Both the position numbers and the translations under genes were made by a program. From Octopus sinensis (lineage: Eukaryota), in the NCBI RefSeq assembly GCF_006345805.1, contig NC_043024.1, positions 62,001 through 126,000 on the forward strand: a DNA stretch of 64,000 nucleotides, read 5' to 3'. Positions 1 to 11,672 of this stretch are shown here, one piece after another (position 1 is the first letter of the stretch; every line of letters begins with the position of its first letter). Below the pieces are notes generated by a model. It made no database searches, was not told where the DNA came from, and worked only from the letters and a program-made list of their open reading frames with translations.

Positions 1-115
1 GCTCGAAACGTTAAACCCTCCTTCTTTCCTTCTTTCCTGAGCGTCCAATAATGCTATCTTTGTTCCACGTCCTCGCCTTGTGTTTTTTTGTGCTTTCATG
101 TTTTGATTAACTTTT
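1..115 (+). mobile_element. 3' part of a Penelope-like (PLE) terminal repeat, with half an HHR cut by the window edge
   Basis: Starts GCTC-GAAA-CGT-T-AAAC (stem II 3' strand, GAAA, ACGT palindrome, UH). About 100 nt of tail then runs into (TA)n, as in the other HHR elements here. The CUGANGA half would lie upstream of the window. Confidence 0.35.
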
Positions 116-139
116 ATATATATATATATATATATAGAC

Positions 140-262
140 GCTTAGTTTTCTCCTGCCAAATTCAACGACAGCCTGAGGTTATAGTGAAAAATCCGCAGGT
201 AGCCGCGCAGTGGGACTGAACCCGAAAACCGTGGTTGAGAATGTGACGTCTTAGCCCCATAC
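140..262 (-). mobile_element. Degenerate CORE-type tRNA-SINE head
   Basis: gcagtgggactgaacccg matches the reverse complement of the B-box region of the intact copy at 23732-24190. Confidence 0.5.
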
Positions 263-1166
263 CACACAACATATTTATATTATATTTGTATAAATGCGAG
301 TGTGTGTTGGTGTGTGCATTTCTGATTTGCGTGTGCGCGTGTGTATCACGAAGGACCTTATCTCCTTTATCCTACGTCTCTCTCATTCGCTCCTCCTTTC
401 ATACATATATCCACTCTCATTAAACTCATTTTCTCCATTTCCTACACACAGTTTTAAACATATTTATGACTAACACAATAGTTGTAAATCTTCTTGAATT
501 AGTCGTACGCTGGAGACTTCATAAAATAATGCAAGGCCAGATTACATGGAAGCTTTTAAAAAATGCAAGCTATATTTTAAACATAAAACAAATTAGTAAA
601 CACCCAAAAATTATATGGAAAAATCACAGCTCAGTGCGTTTTATTAACTGTGTTTGGGGATAAGAGACTTACGCCATAAACACGTTCTCAGGACGCCAGA
701 TGATGTGTGGATTTTCTAAAGCCATAGCTTATGTATAGCGTATTTAAACCTTGTTTATGTATTTAAACCTTGTTTATTATTTGTTTTTCATTTTGTCGAG
801 GCAGTGAAGGATCTGCTGCAGAGAATTTGATTTATCTAAGTTTAATTTCTTCTTCACTGGTCTTGAGTTTCCCTGGTATTCGTCAGGCGAATAATGTTTG
901 TGTATGTATGTGTGTCTATTCATGTATATATATATTAATGTATGTACGTCTGTATGCAAATATATTTATGTATATATATATATGTGAATATTATATATAT
1001 ATATATAATATATATATTATTATATATATATAATATATGAATATATAGAGTTAATCAAATATATTCAATGAGAATACAATATACTGAATTAGCTCTTGAT
1101 AGGGAAATGTCTAAAACATTGAAGGTATTTAGGACACTTATAAGAGTGATTATATATTATAAAAAC

Positions 1167-1926
1167 TAGCTTAAGGCGACCCGCTCTACGCGCGGGTAAT
1201 AGTGTGGTTGTTGCTTTCTGTTCTGTTGCTTCCTCTGTTTTTATCACAACATTCTCCCTCTTTGTTTCTCTCCCCTTTCTCTCTACTTTCTTCCCCTTTC
1301 TCTTACTTTCTTTCTTCCTTTCTCTCGGACTCTCCCTCGCTTTCTCTTACTCTCTATCTTTATCTCCTCTCTTTCCCATTTATAAAGAACAACAGATCTT
1401 GAGTAAGTTGAGAAAGAAAATATTTTGAAAGATCAATCATAAACATCAGGCAGTGACAACGGAAAGGTCTGCTTCAAAGCAGACAGCAAAACACTAACAT
1501 TTAAAAGGGGCAGACGAACTTGCGAGCTGAATAAAAAAAAAAAATATTGGAAACCAAAGTTTGAAGGGATAGAATCTGAGGATAATAGAGTCCCCATGGC
1601 TGGTATTTCTTAACGACGGACAGCAACGTAGTGGAAGTTTAACGGCTGGCGTAAAATTTTGAACTTGATGCAAAAGAAAATTCCTAAACACCTGCTCGTT
1701 GTAATTTTAATTCCCTTCCAGCCCCATTTTAGACCCCTTTTCACATTTTGGTTAATATAACCCGATCATTCGGCTCTACTCTACGGGCCACATTTTATAA
1801 GATGAGGAATTTGTCCTAGAAGTCACGCTTTCATTTGAAGAAAAAAATAGTTGCCATGCAAACACGCGCCAGCACTTTAACATAGGTGTGCATATTTTCA
1901 GCTCAACCGACTACATAATGTACCAT

Positions 1927-1930
<4 letters not shown>
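1167..1930 (+). mobile_element. Possible Helentron/HINE-like non-autonomous element
   Basis: Begins ACTAG followed by a cccg...cggg hairpin, contains an internal CT-rich microsatellite and ends in attattatata. Architecture only, no protein evidence. Confidence 0.2.
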
Positions 1931-1957
<27 letters not shown>

Positions 1958-2739
1958 CGCATTAAATATATATATATGTACATATATACGCATTATATTA
2001 TATATATATGTGTGTGTGTGTTGTACGCATTATATATACAAATGTATACAAATTATATATATATACATATATATATATACAGATATATACACTTTGTATA
2101 TATACATTCTATATACATATTTATATATAGAACACACACACACGCATATAAATTAACCCAATAAATATCTGATTCATAATATTTGTTCTCATGATTGTGT
2201 GGTGATTGTGGCGGTGATAATTCTCTCTATGAATGCACACAGATGTAGAGAGAGAGAGGGGGGATGTGGGAGAAATAGTGACAGCGCTGGCGAAGGCGGC
2301 GGGGGGAAGACAGTAGACGCTGTCAAACGACGTTATAGAGAGAATGTAAAACCAGACAAACAAACTTTTCGCATTTCAGATTTATAGATATTGACAAGCA
2401 GATAAGAGAATGAGAGTAACGAAAAAAGACTTGTCAAAAGTGTGCGTTTTTGCCCTAGTAACCACAGCTTTTGAGATAGGGTTTTCTAACTTGCCCACTC
2501 ACATCCTCACCCCATTTTTATGTCCCAATATAAATACCAAAACTAAGAGGACGGAACACTTTAAGAAAGAGATAAAAATACTTAGTTACTAAAACTATTT
2601 TAAACAATATGTCCATATTGTATAACGTTAAAATTTAGGGTTATCAGGATAATTTATCATTGAGGTGAGAGAATAAATTTACAATTAATTAGTTAAATTA
2701 TAATCTAAGCTGTTTAATTTTAAGTTGTGAAGATACCCA

Positions 2740-3060
2740 TATTGTTTTTTATAAGCTAAGTATGAATTTATAGGGGTACAAAAATATAGGTTTGTCTGAA
2801 GGCAATTATAAAGTATTAAAAAGATCAGGTAGGGTAGAAACACCCTAGAAAAGGATATAAAATAGCTCAATTACTAAAATCAGGATGAAGTATATATATA
2901 CAACTTAGTAACTTCAATAGAGAAGATTTATAGAAAACATGTAATAATTCATGTATTTAAAACTAAAAATTGTTTATTTACTTAATTAGCTTGCATCCAT
3001 AATGACTGCTCCCCAGTATTAACTAAAAGGAAATTAATGCTGTAGGGCATGCTACCTATG
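2740..3060 (+). pseudogene. Heavily decayed PLE-type GIY-YIG endonuclease remnant
   Basis: Broken frames give YEFIG..., C-N-N-S-C...KLFI and LTKRKL...C-R-H. The motif order matches the clearer remnant at 58560-58990. Confidence 0.3.
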
Positions 3061-3470
3061 CACTGATTTTAAATAAGAGGTACATTATAGGTTTTAAAAC
3101 ACAAGAGCAATAAAGTGCTACTTTCTAAAATATTTAAAAGTACGGGTGGCACTATGTACACATGATACCTTAAGGCTCCATTTTCTTTATGCTTAAAAAT
3201 TATATGTTTCCATAGAGCAAAGCTCACACCTATATCTGCTATTTCTATAAGGCTAGTTTTTCTTATTATTTCCCATTTGAGGTTTAACTCAATTCCACTT
3301 TCTTTTCAATCTCAAATCTTACTGTGATAATGACGTACAATTTACCTTGTGTTTTAAAGTTTAAAGGACAACACGTGATTACATATACTACGCTGTTTCA
3401 AATTAATCGAGGACGCGAAGTAAATATAATTATTAGTTGTAGTCATTATTGTGCATTTATATACTACATT

Positions 3471-3570
3471 NNNNNNNNNNNNNNNNNNNNNNNNNNNNNN
3501 NNNNNNNNNNNNNNNNNNNNNNNNNNNNNNNNNNNNNNNNNNNNNNNNNNNNNNNNNNNNNNNNNNNNNN
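3471..3570. other. Assembly gap (100 N)
   Basis: Run of exactly 100 N. Confidence 0.99.
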
Positions 3571-4104
3571 TCAAGCAAGATCTGATTGGTTTACTGAAGT
3601 GTAGGCCATCAAGACATTTACTCGGTGATATGCTGGATATTCGGGTGGAAAGACGGTGCCAAATATTTTCTGAAAGGAAAATACGAAAACATCTCAAGTA
3701 CATGAATATTCCAGTGTCTCTGCCAGTATATATGTCTATCCGCGCGAGTTTCTGATTTGTAAATGAATACATACATATACATATGCACGTGTATGTATGT
3801 ATGTATGTATGTATGTATGTATGTATGTATGTATGTATGTATGTATGTATGTGTGTATGTATGTATGAATGTATGTGTGTGTGTATGTGTATGTGTGTGA
3901 GTTTAGAAGGTTTATCAAAAACGCTAAAATATTGCCGTTTAAATCAAAAGTGACTAAAATTAATAAAAAAAAATAATGGTAACTTTGAGATAATACTAAA
4001 TCTTTTCTACAGACATTGTTTACAAAAAAACAGACAGTTCTTCGAATTTAGAGGAAATCAAAGACGTATATTATTCTCCCACATTTTTTTGTTTTTATTT
4101 CTTT

Positions 4105-4625
4105 TTTTTGCTCGTTGTTGTTGTTGTTCCTGTTGTTTTGGTGGAAGAACTATTGTTACTATTATTATTATTATTTTTATCATCATCATCATCATCATCA
4201 TTACATCACCACTTTTATTATCATCATGATCACCATTCTTATCATTATCACAATCTCCATCATTCTCATAGTCATCATCATCATCATCATCATCACTATT
4301 ACTGGCGTTGCTGTTGTTACTGTTGTTTTGTTATTACTGTTTTTTCTTCTTCTTCCTCTCCTTCCTATTTTTATTCTTATTATTACCGTAGTAGTACTAG
4401 TAGTAGTAGTAGTAGTAATGTTGTTGTTATTCTGCTGCTGTTTGGTTTTGCTAGTTTTATTATTCGTGTTATTGTTATTTTTATTAGTATTATAATTGGC
4501 AACATCATCATCATCATCATCATTACCACCACCACCATCAACATCACCATCACCACCACAATCATCAGCATTATCCTCCTCCTCCCCCTCATCCTCATCA
4601 TCATCATCATCATCATCGGCAGTAC
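4105..4625. repeat. Compound triplet microsatellite (GTT/ATT/ATC/ACC/CTT/AGT)
   Basis: Directly visible; source of the poly-H, poly-S and poly-D ORFs. Confidence 0.9.
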
Positions 4626-4964
4626 TGTCACTGTATTTTTGTAGTTTCCTCTTCACAAATTTCAAAAACACGTTCACTGAATCCTGAAAAGCAAATTCTG
4701 TTTAAGGTACCGTTTATCTTTTTTAGATAAATATATATCCACGTGCGCCCCCCCCCCCCGCCCACACACACACACTGATACACAGCATCACGCTCTTACT
4801 CGAGATACAAGTATTTACATAACAAACAATACATCAGACACGCAACACTCCATGCGCAAACACTGTCAGAAGGAAAATACGGACACAGATTCGTTAATGT
4901 CTGATTCTATGAATATATACATACTGCATATGTAACTATGTTATATATATATATATAATATATA

Positions 4965-5000
<36 letters not shown>

Positions 5001-5115
5001 AACTTACGTATAAATATACGTTTATATGTTAGAATGTCTCCACACTATCATTCCCACTCTGTTTCTCTAATATATACATATATATATTTATATATACATA
5101 TACATACACACATAC

Positions 5116-5165
<50 letters not shown>

Positions 5166-5540
5166 GTACATATATATATATATATATATGTATGTACGTA
5201 TGTATGTATATCGCGGTTTATGTGTGTGCATGTGCCTCTTCCTGTATGTATGTATGATGCTATATATAAGTGGGTATTGATTTGCTATTAACAAAATTTT
5301 TGGCAAGAAATGTGAAAATATGACTTTGAGTTTTGTTTCTGCCTTTTATGTACTCTAATATTTCAATTACGTATACATGCATACATCAATACACACAATC
5401 AGACATACATGCATACTTTCATACATGTAGACATGCAGGCATACGTATGTGTGGGTGTGTGTATGAACATTGTTTTGGTTTTTACTGCTTATTATTCTAA
5501 TTACATCAACACACATATATATGTATTTATGTATATATCC

Positions 5541-5572
<32 letters not shown>

Positions 5573-5727
5573 TAATATATATAATATATATATATATTTA
5601 CAGCTATACATGTACATACAAAATATCTAAATATATCGACGCACCTATATCTATAATAGATATGTATATATACACATATATGTATATTGTATATATTTAT
5701 ATATACATAGAGGCACATAACACACAC

Positions 5728-5761
<34 letters not shown>

Positions 5762-6646
5762 TATATATATATGTATGTATGTATATATGTGTGTGTATGT
5801 ATTTATGTATGTATGTGTGTGTATGTATGTATGTATGTATGTATGTATGTGTGTGTATGTATGTATGTATGTATGTATGTATGTATCTATATATGTATGT
5901 ATGTATGTATGAATATATATATGTATGTATGTATGTATATGTGTATGTATGTGTATATGTATGTATGTATGTATGTATGTATATATGTATGTGGGGGCGT
6001 AATTGCTCAGATTTTCAATCTATTTCTTGTGTGATAATAGCGTGACGCTGTTGTTGTTGTTGTTGTGAAAGTTGAATGGGTGATGATGGTGGTGGTGGTG
6101 GTGGTGGTGGTACTGGAAATGGTGATGGTGGGGCAGGTGTTTTGCATTGTTTTGTAGTTGTGTGCGTTAATGAGGGCGTTAATGATTGTAGTGGTGGTAG
6201 TGGTAGTAGTTGCAGGATAGAAAATAGTTGTGATAGTGATGTTGGTGGTGGTGTTGGTGGTGGTGTTGGTGGTGGTGTTTGTGGTGGTGTTGGTGGTGGT
6301 GTTTGTGGTGGTAGTGTGGTGTCGCTGGTGGTGATAGAGAGATGGCGGAGGGAGAAGGGTATAAGAGATATAGAAAACGAAAGAGAGAATGCAGAGACAG
6401 AGAGATGGGAGCAGAGGGGATGAGACAGAAAGAGAGAGAGGAGGGTATTGAGTAGAGGGTTGAAGAAAAAGATAGAAAGATGGGGGAAAGTGAGATAGAG
6501 GGCAAAGAGGAAGAGGGGAAAGGAGAGAGGGGATGCAGAGAGAGAGAGAATAGAGAAAGAGGACAAAAGGAGAAAGAGGGAAGAGAGAGGGGGCAAACAG
6601 AGAAACAGGAGAAGGAAAAAGAAGAGATGGGTGTAGAGATAAATGG

Positions 6647-6709
<63 letters not shown>

Positions 6710-6764
6710 TGTATAGTCCAGAGATGAGATCCAATTATTCTCAGCGTATATATATATATATATA

Positions 6765-6965
6765 TATGACGTGTTTCTTTCAGTTTCCGTCCACCAAATC
6801 CTCTCACAAGTCTTTAGTGGGACTGAACTCGGAACCTTGTACTTGAGAAACAAACTCCTTATCAAACACACACACATAAGACGGTCCTCTTTCAAGTGCC
6901 TCGCAGTGGAGCAGAACCCGGAACCATGTGTTTGGGAAATAAACCTCTTACCACACAGCCACACC
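6765..6965 (-). mobile_element. CORE-type SINE head/core fragments
   Basis: ttctttcagtttccgtccaccaaatcc..cacaag and accacacagccac match the reverse complement of 23732-23895. Confidence 0.7.
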
Positions 6966-7401
6966 TCTACCTAATACAGATGATTACCTTCTTAACCTCC
7001 ATGCAACTTGACTGGCGTTGTAGCATTTAAACTGACCACGCAACTCCCTCTGTTCTTAACATTAGACTCATTAATCTAATTAAGTGTATTTCCTGCAGTT
7101 AATTACATTTCTCATACATAGAAACATTTGCTATCCAATTTTCTAATTATATTTTCCAAATAATTAAAAACAAGTTGTCAGTTTCACTTGCCCCTCTCTC
7201 CCTTACTCTCTCCCTCTCTTTCTCTCTCTCCCTTGTTCTCTCTTTTGCTCCCTTTCTTGCTCCTCCTCCTCCGTCTCTCTCTTCTTCTTGCACTCTCTTT
7301 CCATCACTTGCTCTCTTCCTTTCTCTCTTTCTCGCTTTGCCTCTCTTTTGCTATCTCTCTTGCTCTCTCTCTCTCTCTCTCTCTTGTACCCCTCTTATTT
7401 G

Positions 7402-7432
<31 letters not shown>

Positions 7433-7578
7433 TTGTGCTATCAATTTACATCTCTCTTACTCTCTATATTTCCCTTCCCCCTCTCTTTTCTTTGATCTCT
7501 CTGCTTCTCTATAATGCTCTCTTTCTCATTATCACGCTATTTCTGTCTGTCACTCAATGTTATCTAACATTCTATCTT

Positions 7579-7611
<33 letters not shown>

Positions 7612-8012
7612 GCCACACACACATTTTCCCAAATCATAGCTTTGACACAAAATTATATTTTCCTTCCTTTTAAACATAGTTATACATTTCTGTCTCCTTC
7701 ACACGCAACTACAGCATTTAATTTTTTATTTATTTATGATTTCACAAATATTGTCTTAAAATGTCTCCTAATAATTTAAGTAAATATATACACAAATAAA
7801 GAAAAGAAAGAAAGAAGAAAGAAAAAGAACAACAACAAATGAACAAGATTGATTCTTTGGTTAACAAGTTCGGTTTGCAAGCACCTGTACCTCTGATCGA
7901 TCATGTTGCGAAGCAACTTTAGGAAAGTACTAGAATGTTGGGTTCACCAATACCTCGAGAAGAAAGAGCAGCAGCACAAAATGAAGCTTTAATAATGTAT
8001 TAAATATCATAT

Positions 8013-8289
8013 ATACATGTGATGAAGCTATAGGGTGTTATTCAGGGACTCGACTATGAGTCCACTACATCTAACCACAGAAACAGCTGTAAGGTAATAA
8101 AGTTCATAAGACAATAATTTATTCCTTCGTCATCCCTCTTTCTGTAATAATGAGATAAAGAAATTTGAATTATATTTTATTCTTCGAGAAACCAGGATTT
8201 TCTACACCTGAAGAATTTCGGTTTTAATTACCCAGAACACGAGTTGAGTGTTTCATTGGAAATGCCCAATCTTTATTCCCCACCAGGAT

Positions 8290-8292
<3 letters not shown>
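8013..8292 (+). mobile_element. PLE-type terminal repeat with two degenerate HHR-like motifs
   Basis: gTGATGA (8019-8025)...GAAA-CAGCTG-TA (8080-8091), and acac-CTGAAGA (8208-8214)...gaacacgagtt-gagtgt. The tail then runs into (TA)n at 8293. Both cores are imperfect. Confidence 0.3.
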
Positions 8293-8329
<37 letters not shown>

Positions 8330-8393
8330 ATTATCGGTAGGAACTTTACCAAAAGTTCTTTATATATTATATATATACATATATATATAAAGA

Positions 8394-8436
<43 letters not shown>

Positions 8437-8457
8437 ATATATATATATATATATATA

Positions 8458-8498
<41 letters not shown>

Positions 8499-8605
8499 TA
8501 TGCATATATATATATATACATATATATAAATGTATCTATATACATGTATTGTATATATATATATATATATATTATATCTATATATTATATATGTAATATA
8601 TATAT

Positions 8606-8658
<53 letters not shown>

Positions 8659-8661
<3 letters not shown>

Positions 8662-9395
8662 ACAACAATTGAGGAACGGCTACAATAGGCCGTTCGACCC
8701 CCTAGAAATACAGCCAGGGCTCCAACCGCAAATAGTAGTAGTTCCGAAATCAAAGGAAAAATTAAAAAAACATTTACCCTGTTCTTCTTTAGACAATGCA
8801 TTGTTTCGGCGTTTTTTAGTGGTAAACCAGCCTGATTAAATTAAATTAAACTTAATCAAGTCAATCAGTAAAGGAGCCAGAAGGGACAGAAATTACACGA
8901 GGCAGCTACCTTCATGCCTAGGTAATATCTGACCTAAAATTTTCAAAATCATCGTACTCGCGCCAACTTGTCGGCAGCAAATATAAACTGCCGATTCAAT
9001 TTCGGAATTAATCAGAAAATTATCAATTAATCAATTGACAGTAATTTCTGTCCCTTCTGGCTCCTTTAATGATGAGCGCGTTGGCCTTTTGGAAGATTGA
9101 CTTGATTAAGTTTAATTTAATTTAATCAGGCTGGTTTACCATTAAAAAACGCCGAAACAATGCATTGTCTAAAGAAGAACAGGGTAAATGTTTTTTTAAT
9201 TTTTCCTTTGATTTCGGAATTACTACTATTTGCGGTTGGAGCCCTGGCTGCTATTTCTAGTGGGCCGAACGGCCTATTGTAGCCGTTTCTCAATTGTTGT
9301 TGAATTTATTCATAGTCTCTGACTATTTCCTCTTTCTCACTAGACCGCTGGTGGCAAAATAATTTCTATTGAATTTTTTGCTACCCTAAATTGAT
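8659..9395 (+). mobile_element. Fold-back element with ~240-260 bp arms (8659-8897 / 9041-9301), 3' tail and flanking (TA)n
   Basis: Arms are near-identical reverse complements. The right arm has an extra 24 nt (gagcgcgttggccttttggaagat) that the left arm lacks. Each arm holds an HHR. Confidence 0.85.
9064..9174 (+). ncRNA. Type I HHR with C3 mutated to A
   Basis: cttta / aTGATGA (9069-9075) / long stem II / GAAA (9154-9157) / palindromic stem III ACAATGCATTGT / C17 (9169) / taaag. The left arm retains CTGAT. Confidence 0.65.
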
Positions 9396-9397
9396 TT

Positions 9398-9486
<89 letters not shown>

Positions 9487-9692
9487 TACATGTATATATG
9501 TATACATACATATATATGTATATGAATATTTAAGTAGGTGAATGAATTATCCTATGTTATCGTCAGCATGGAAAATTCGTTTAACGAAACCTGGGTAGCA
9601 AATCACGTCAGAGAAAACACGGTTGATGAGCGACCTGTCAAGGGTAGAAACTCCGGGTTCATGAGCAGAAAGAAATTTGTGTGTTGTATATG

Positions 9693-9940
9693 AATAAATG
9701 AAAGAATGGAGTCAAACGGAGATGTTAACAAAATTCCTTTACTTTCGACACATGTTTCGAAGACAGCATATTCATTCCGAAGAAGGGAGCCCTCGACAAC
9801 AAGACAAACAAAAATTCGATGATGCCTACAATGCACCCTTATTCCTTCAGAATGAAAATATGCTGTCTTCGAAACATGTGCCGAGAGTAAGGAATTTTGT
9901 TAACATCTCCGTTCGACTCCATTCTTTCATTTATTTATGT
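9693..9940 (+). mobile_element. Fold-back element with ~88 bp arms (9693-9782 / 9845-9935) and degenerate HHR
   Basis: The inverted arms are directly visible. They contain cttc-GAAA-CATGTG(T/C)C, with a degenerate ..GAATGA core upstream. The element ends at (TA)n. Confidence 0.7.
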
Positions 9941-9941
9941 A

Positions 9942-10019
<78 letters not shown>

Positions 10020-10125
10020 TATAAGGGTAAATAATTATTAATTTTAAAATTAATAATATTACCGAGTAGTTTCGGTATGGAAATCTAACATTATCGGTAG
10101 GGACTTTTACAAAAAGTTCTTTATA

Positions 10126-10171
<46 letters not shown>

Positions 10172-10175
<4 letters not shown>

Positions 10176-10445
10176 TTGTTATCGCCATATTAATATGGCA
10201 TTCTTATAGATATAAGAATAATCGCTGCCGCTGGTCAGCTCCATGAGGCCACCGCCATCAAGATAGCTATTGATACACGATCTGTATCCATTATAACCTT
10301 CGAACAAGGGAGGTCAGCCGCTTCACACTGCCAGTCCGACAGCTACAGACGCGTTTCGGGGTATTGCATTGCCCCTTGTCAATGTAACGCAGTCAGACCC
10401 GCAGGTGTCGCCACTGACGTCTCTGTTCGAAGGTTTCTATGGACT
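10172..10445 (-). mobile_element. HHR-bearing short PLE-type element ending in (TA)n
   Basis: Minus-strand HHR followed by a ~170-nt tail into (TA)n. A 12-bp inverted repeat (aaccttcgaaca / tgttcgaaggtt) brackets the ribozyme. Confidence 0.6.
10334..10398 (-). ncRNA. Extended type I HHR with a U3-A8 core
   Basis: GUCUGAC-UGC-GUUACA / UUGACAA / GGGG-10 nt-CCCC / GAAA / ACGCGU / C17 (10348) / UGUAGC-U-GUCGGAC. All stems pair by eye. Confidence 0.75.
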
Positions 10446-10898
10446 TACACGCGCGCGCACACACACACGTGCATCACAGCATTGACGGTATTGCTGTTAC
10501 CCCACTGGCCAGGTGAGCAGGCCAACATTCTCCACTGGTCAGGGTTACCCATTTACTGCTGAGTGAAGGAGAGCCACGGGAAAGGAAGTGTTTTGCTTAA
10601 CAACACAATGCAACACACTCACCACTAAGCCACGCGCCTTCATACACACACACACATACACACACACACACACACACACATTCGCACACATACACATGTA
10701 TATAGACTGAACCACAAAAGAAACGTCGCGCACATACTAAGTAGAAATTAGTTTATTAGCAAACTGCCATAGCGTTGATTGAAAAGTGCTAATTAAGAAA
10801 CCGTTCTTTCCTAATGATAAAACGCCATTTCAAGAAACATGTTTGACGTCACATGATGTCACGTGAATACGGAATGTTCTGGATCCAAAGTGATGAAC

Positions 10899-11647
10899 TC
10901 AATATCTCGTGTGACCACCGTTAGCATTGATTACCGTCAGGCATCTTCTATACATTGAAGGCACCAAGCGATTGATGAAGACCATGGGGAAAGCAGCCCC
11001 ACATTGTTAAAACTTGTAGTGAGTTGTGCCGCAGTTGTCGGCCCTGGACGGATGTCATTTAACCTTCTTTGAATCTCGTCCCACAGGGACTCTATGGGGT
11101 TCAACTCCGGACTTAGGACAGGACATGGCAGTATCTGGATGTTGTGCTGTTGGAAGAATCTTTTATCAACCTGGCAGTATGGGTACGTGATTCCGATGAC
11201 ACAATGTGAGGCCTCAACAGTAGGTCGATGTAGCGAGCAGTGTTTAGTCCAATGCTCCGGCCTTGGCCGATGTGTTTTGGAAGACCACTGGCCCAAGTTT
11301 CTGGTTGAGTGCAATCCCGCCCCATACCATGATGCTCTGCCCCCCCCCCCCATGAGTCTCGCCACTACACAACCATCGGCATGACGTTCACCCCTTCTCC
11401 AAACCCCAGCTTTGCCATCTCTCTCTCTCTCTCTTTTACTCTTTTACTTGTTTCAGTCATTTGGCTGTGGCCATGCTGGAGCACCGCCTTTAGTCGAGCA
11501 TCTGTTTTGTTTGTAGCATTGTATCGTTCTCTCAGCAGCGCAATTGTCTGAATACAGCAGTTCAAGTTATTAGCAATGACCCATGAACGTTGACCAGTAT
11601 GGAGAAGTCCGATGGCTTGCTCCCTCTGATTTCGTATGTCTTGGCAT
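10899..11647 (-). mobile_element. Tc1-like transposase pseudogene, internally deleted and interrupted by a SINE tail
   Basis: N-terminal QREQAIGLL HTH, GGGGSIMVWGGIA, SPELNPIESLWDEI and C-terminal ANGGHTRY-stop, with frameshifts. Confidence 0.85.
11432..11510 (-). mobile_element. CORE-type SINE 3' tail
   Basis: ctcttttacttgtttcagtcat...gctggagcaccgcctttagtcgagca matches the tail of the other copies. Confidence 0.8.
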
Positions 11648-11672
11648 GCTTGCCGCGTTCGGGATACGAATG

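Noticed and set aside
3571-3750. Possible minus-strand host exon (AG at about 3735, reading TRADRHIYWQRHWNIHVLEMFSYFPF...)
   Set aside because: No recognisable homology, no partner exons, and it lies next to a gap. Needs RNA-seq or BLAST.
10055-10105. HHR-like motif ccgataa...gaaactactc on minus (partial copy at 8328-8345)
   Set aside because: The core cannot be fitted (no valid 3:8 pair or two nucleotides missing) and stem III does not pair.
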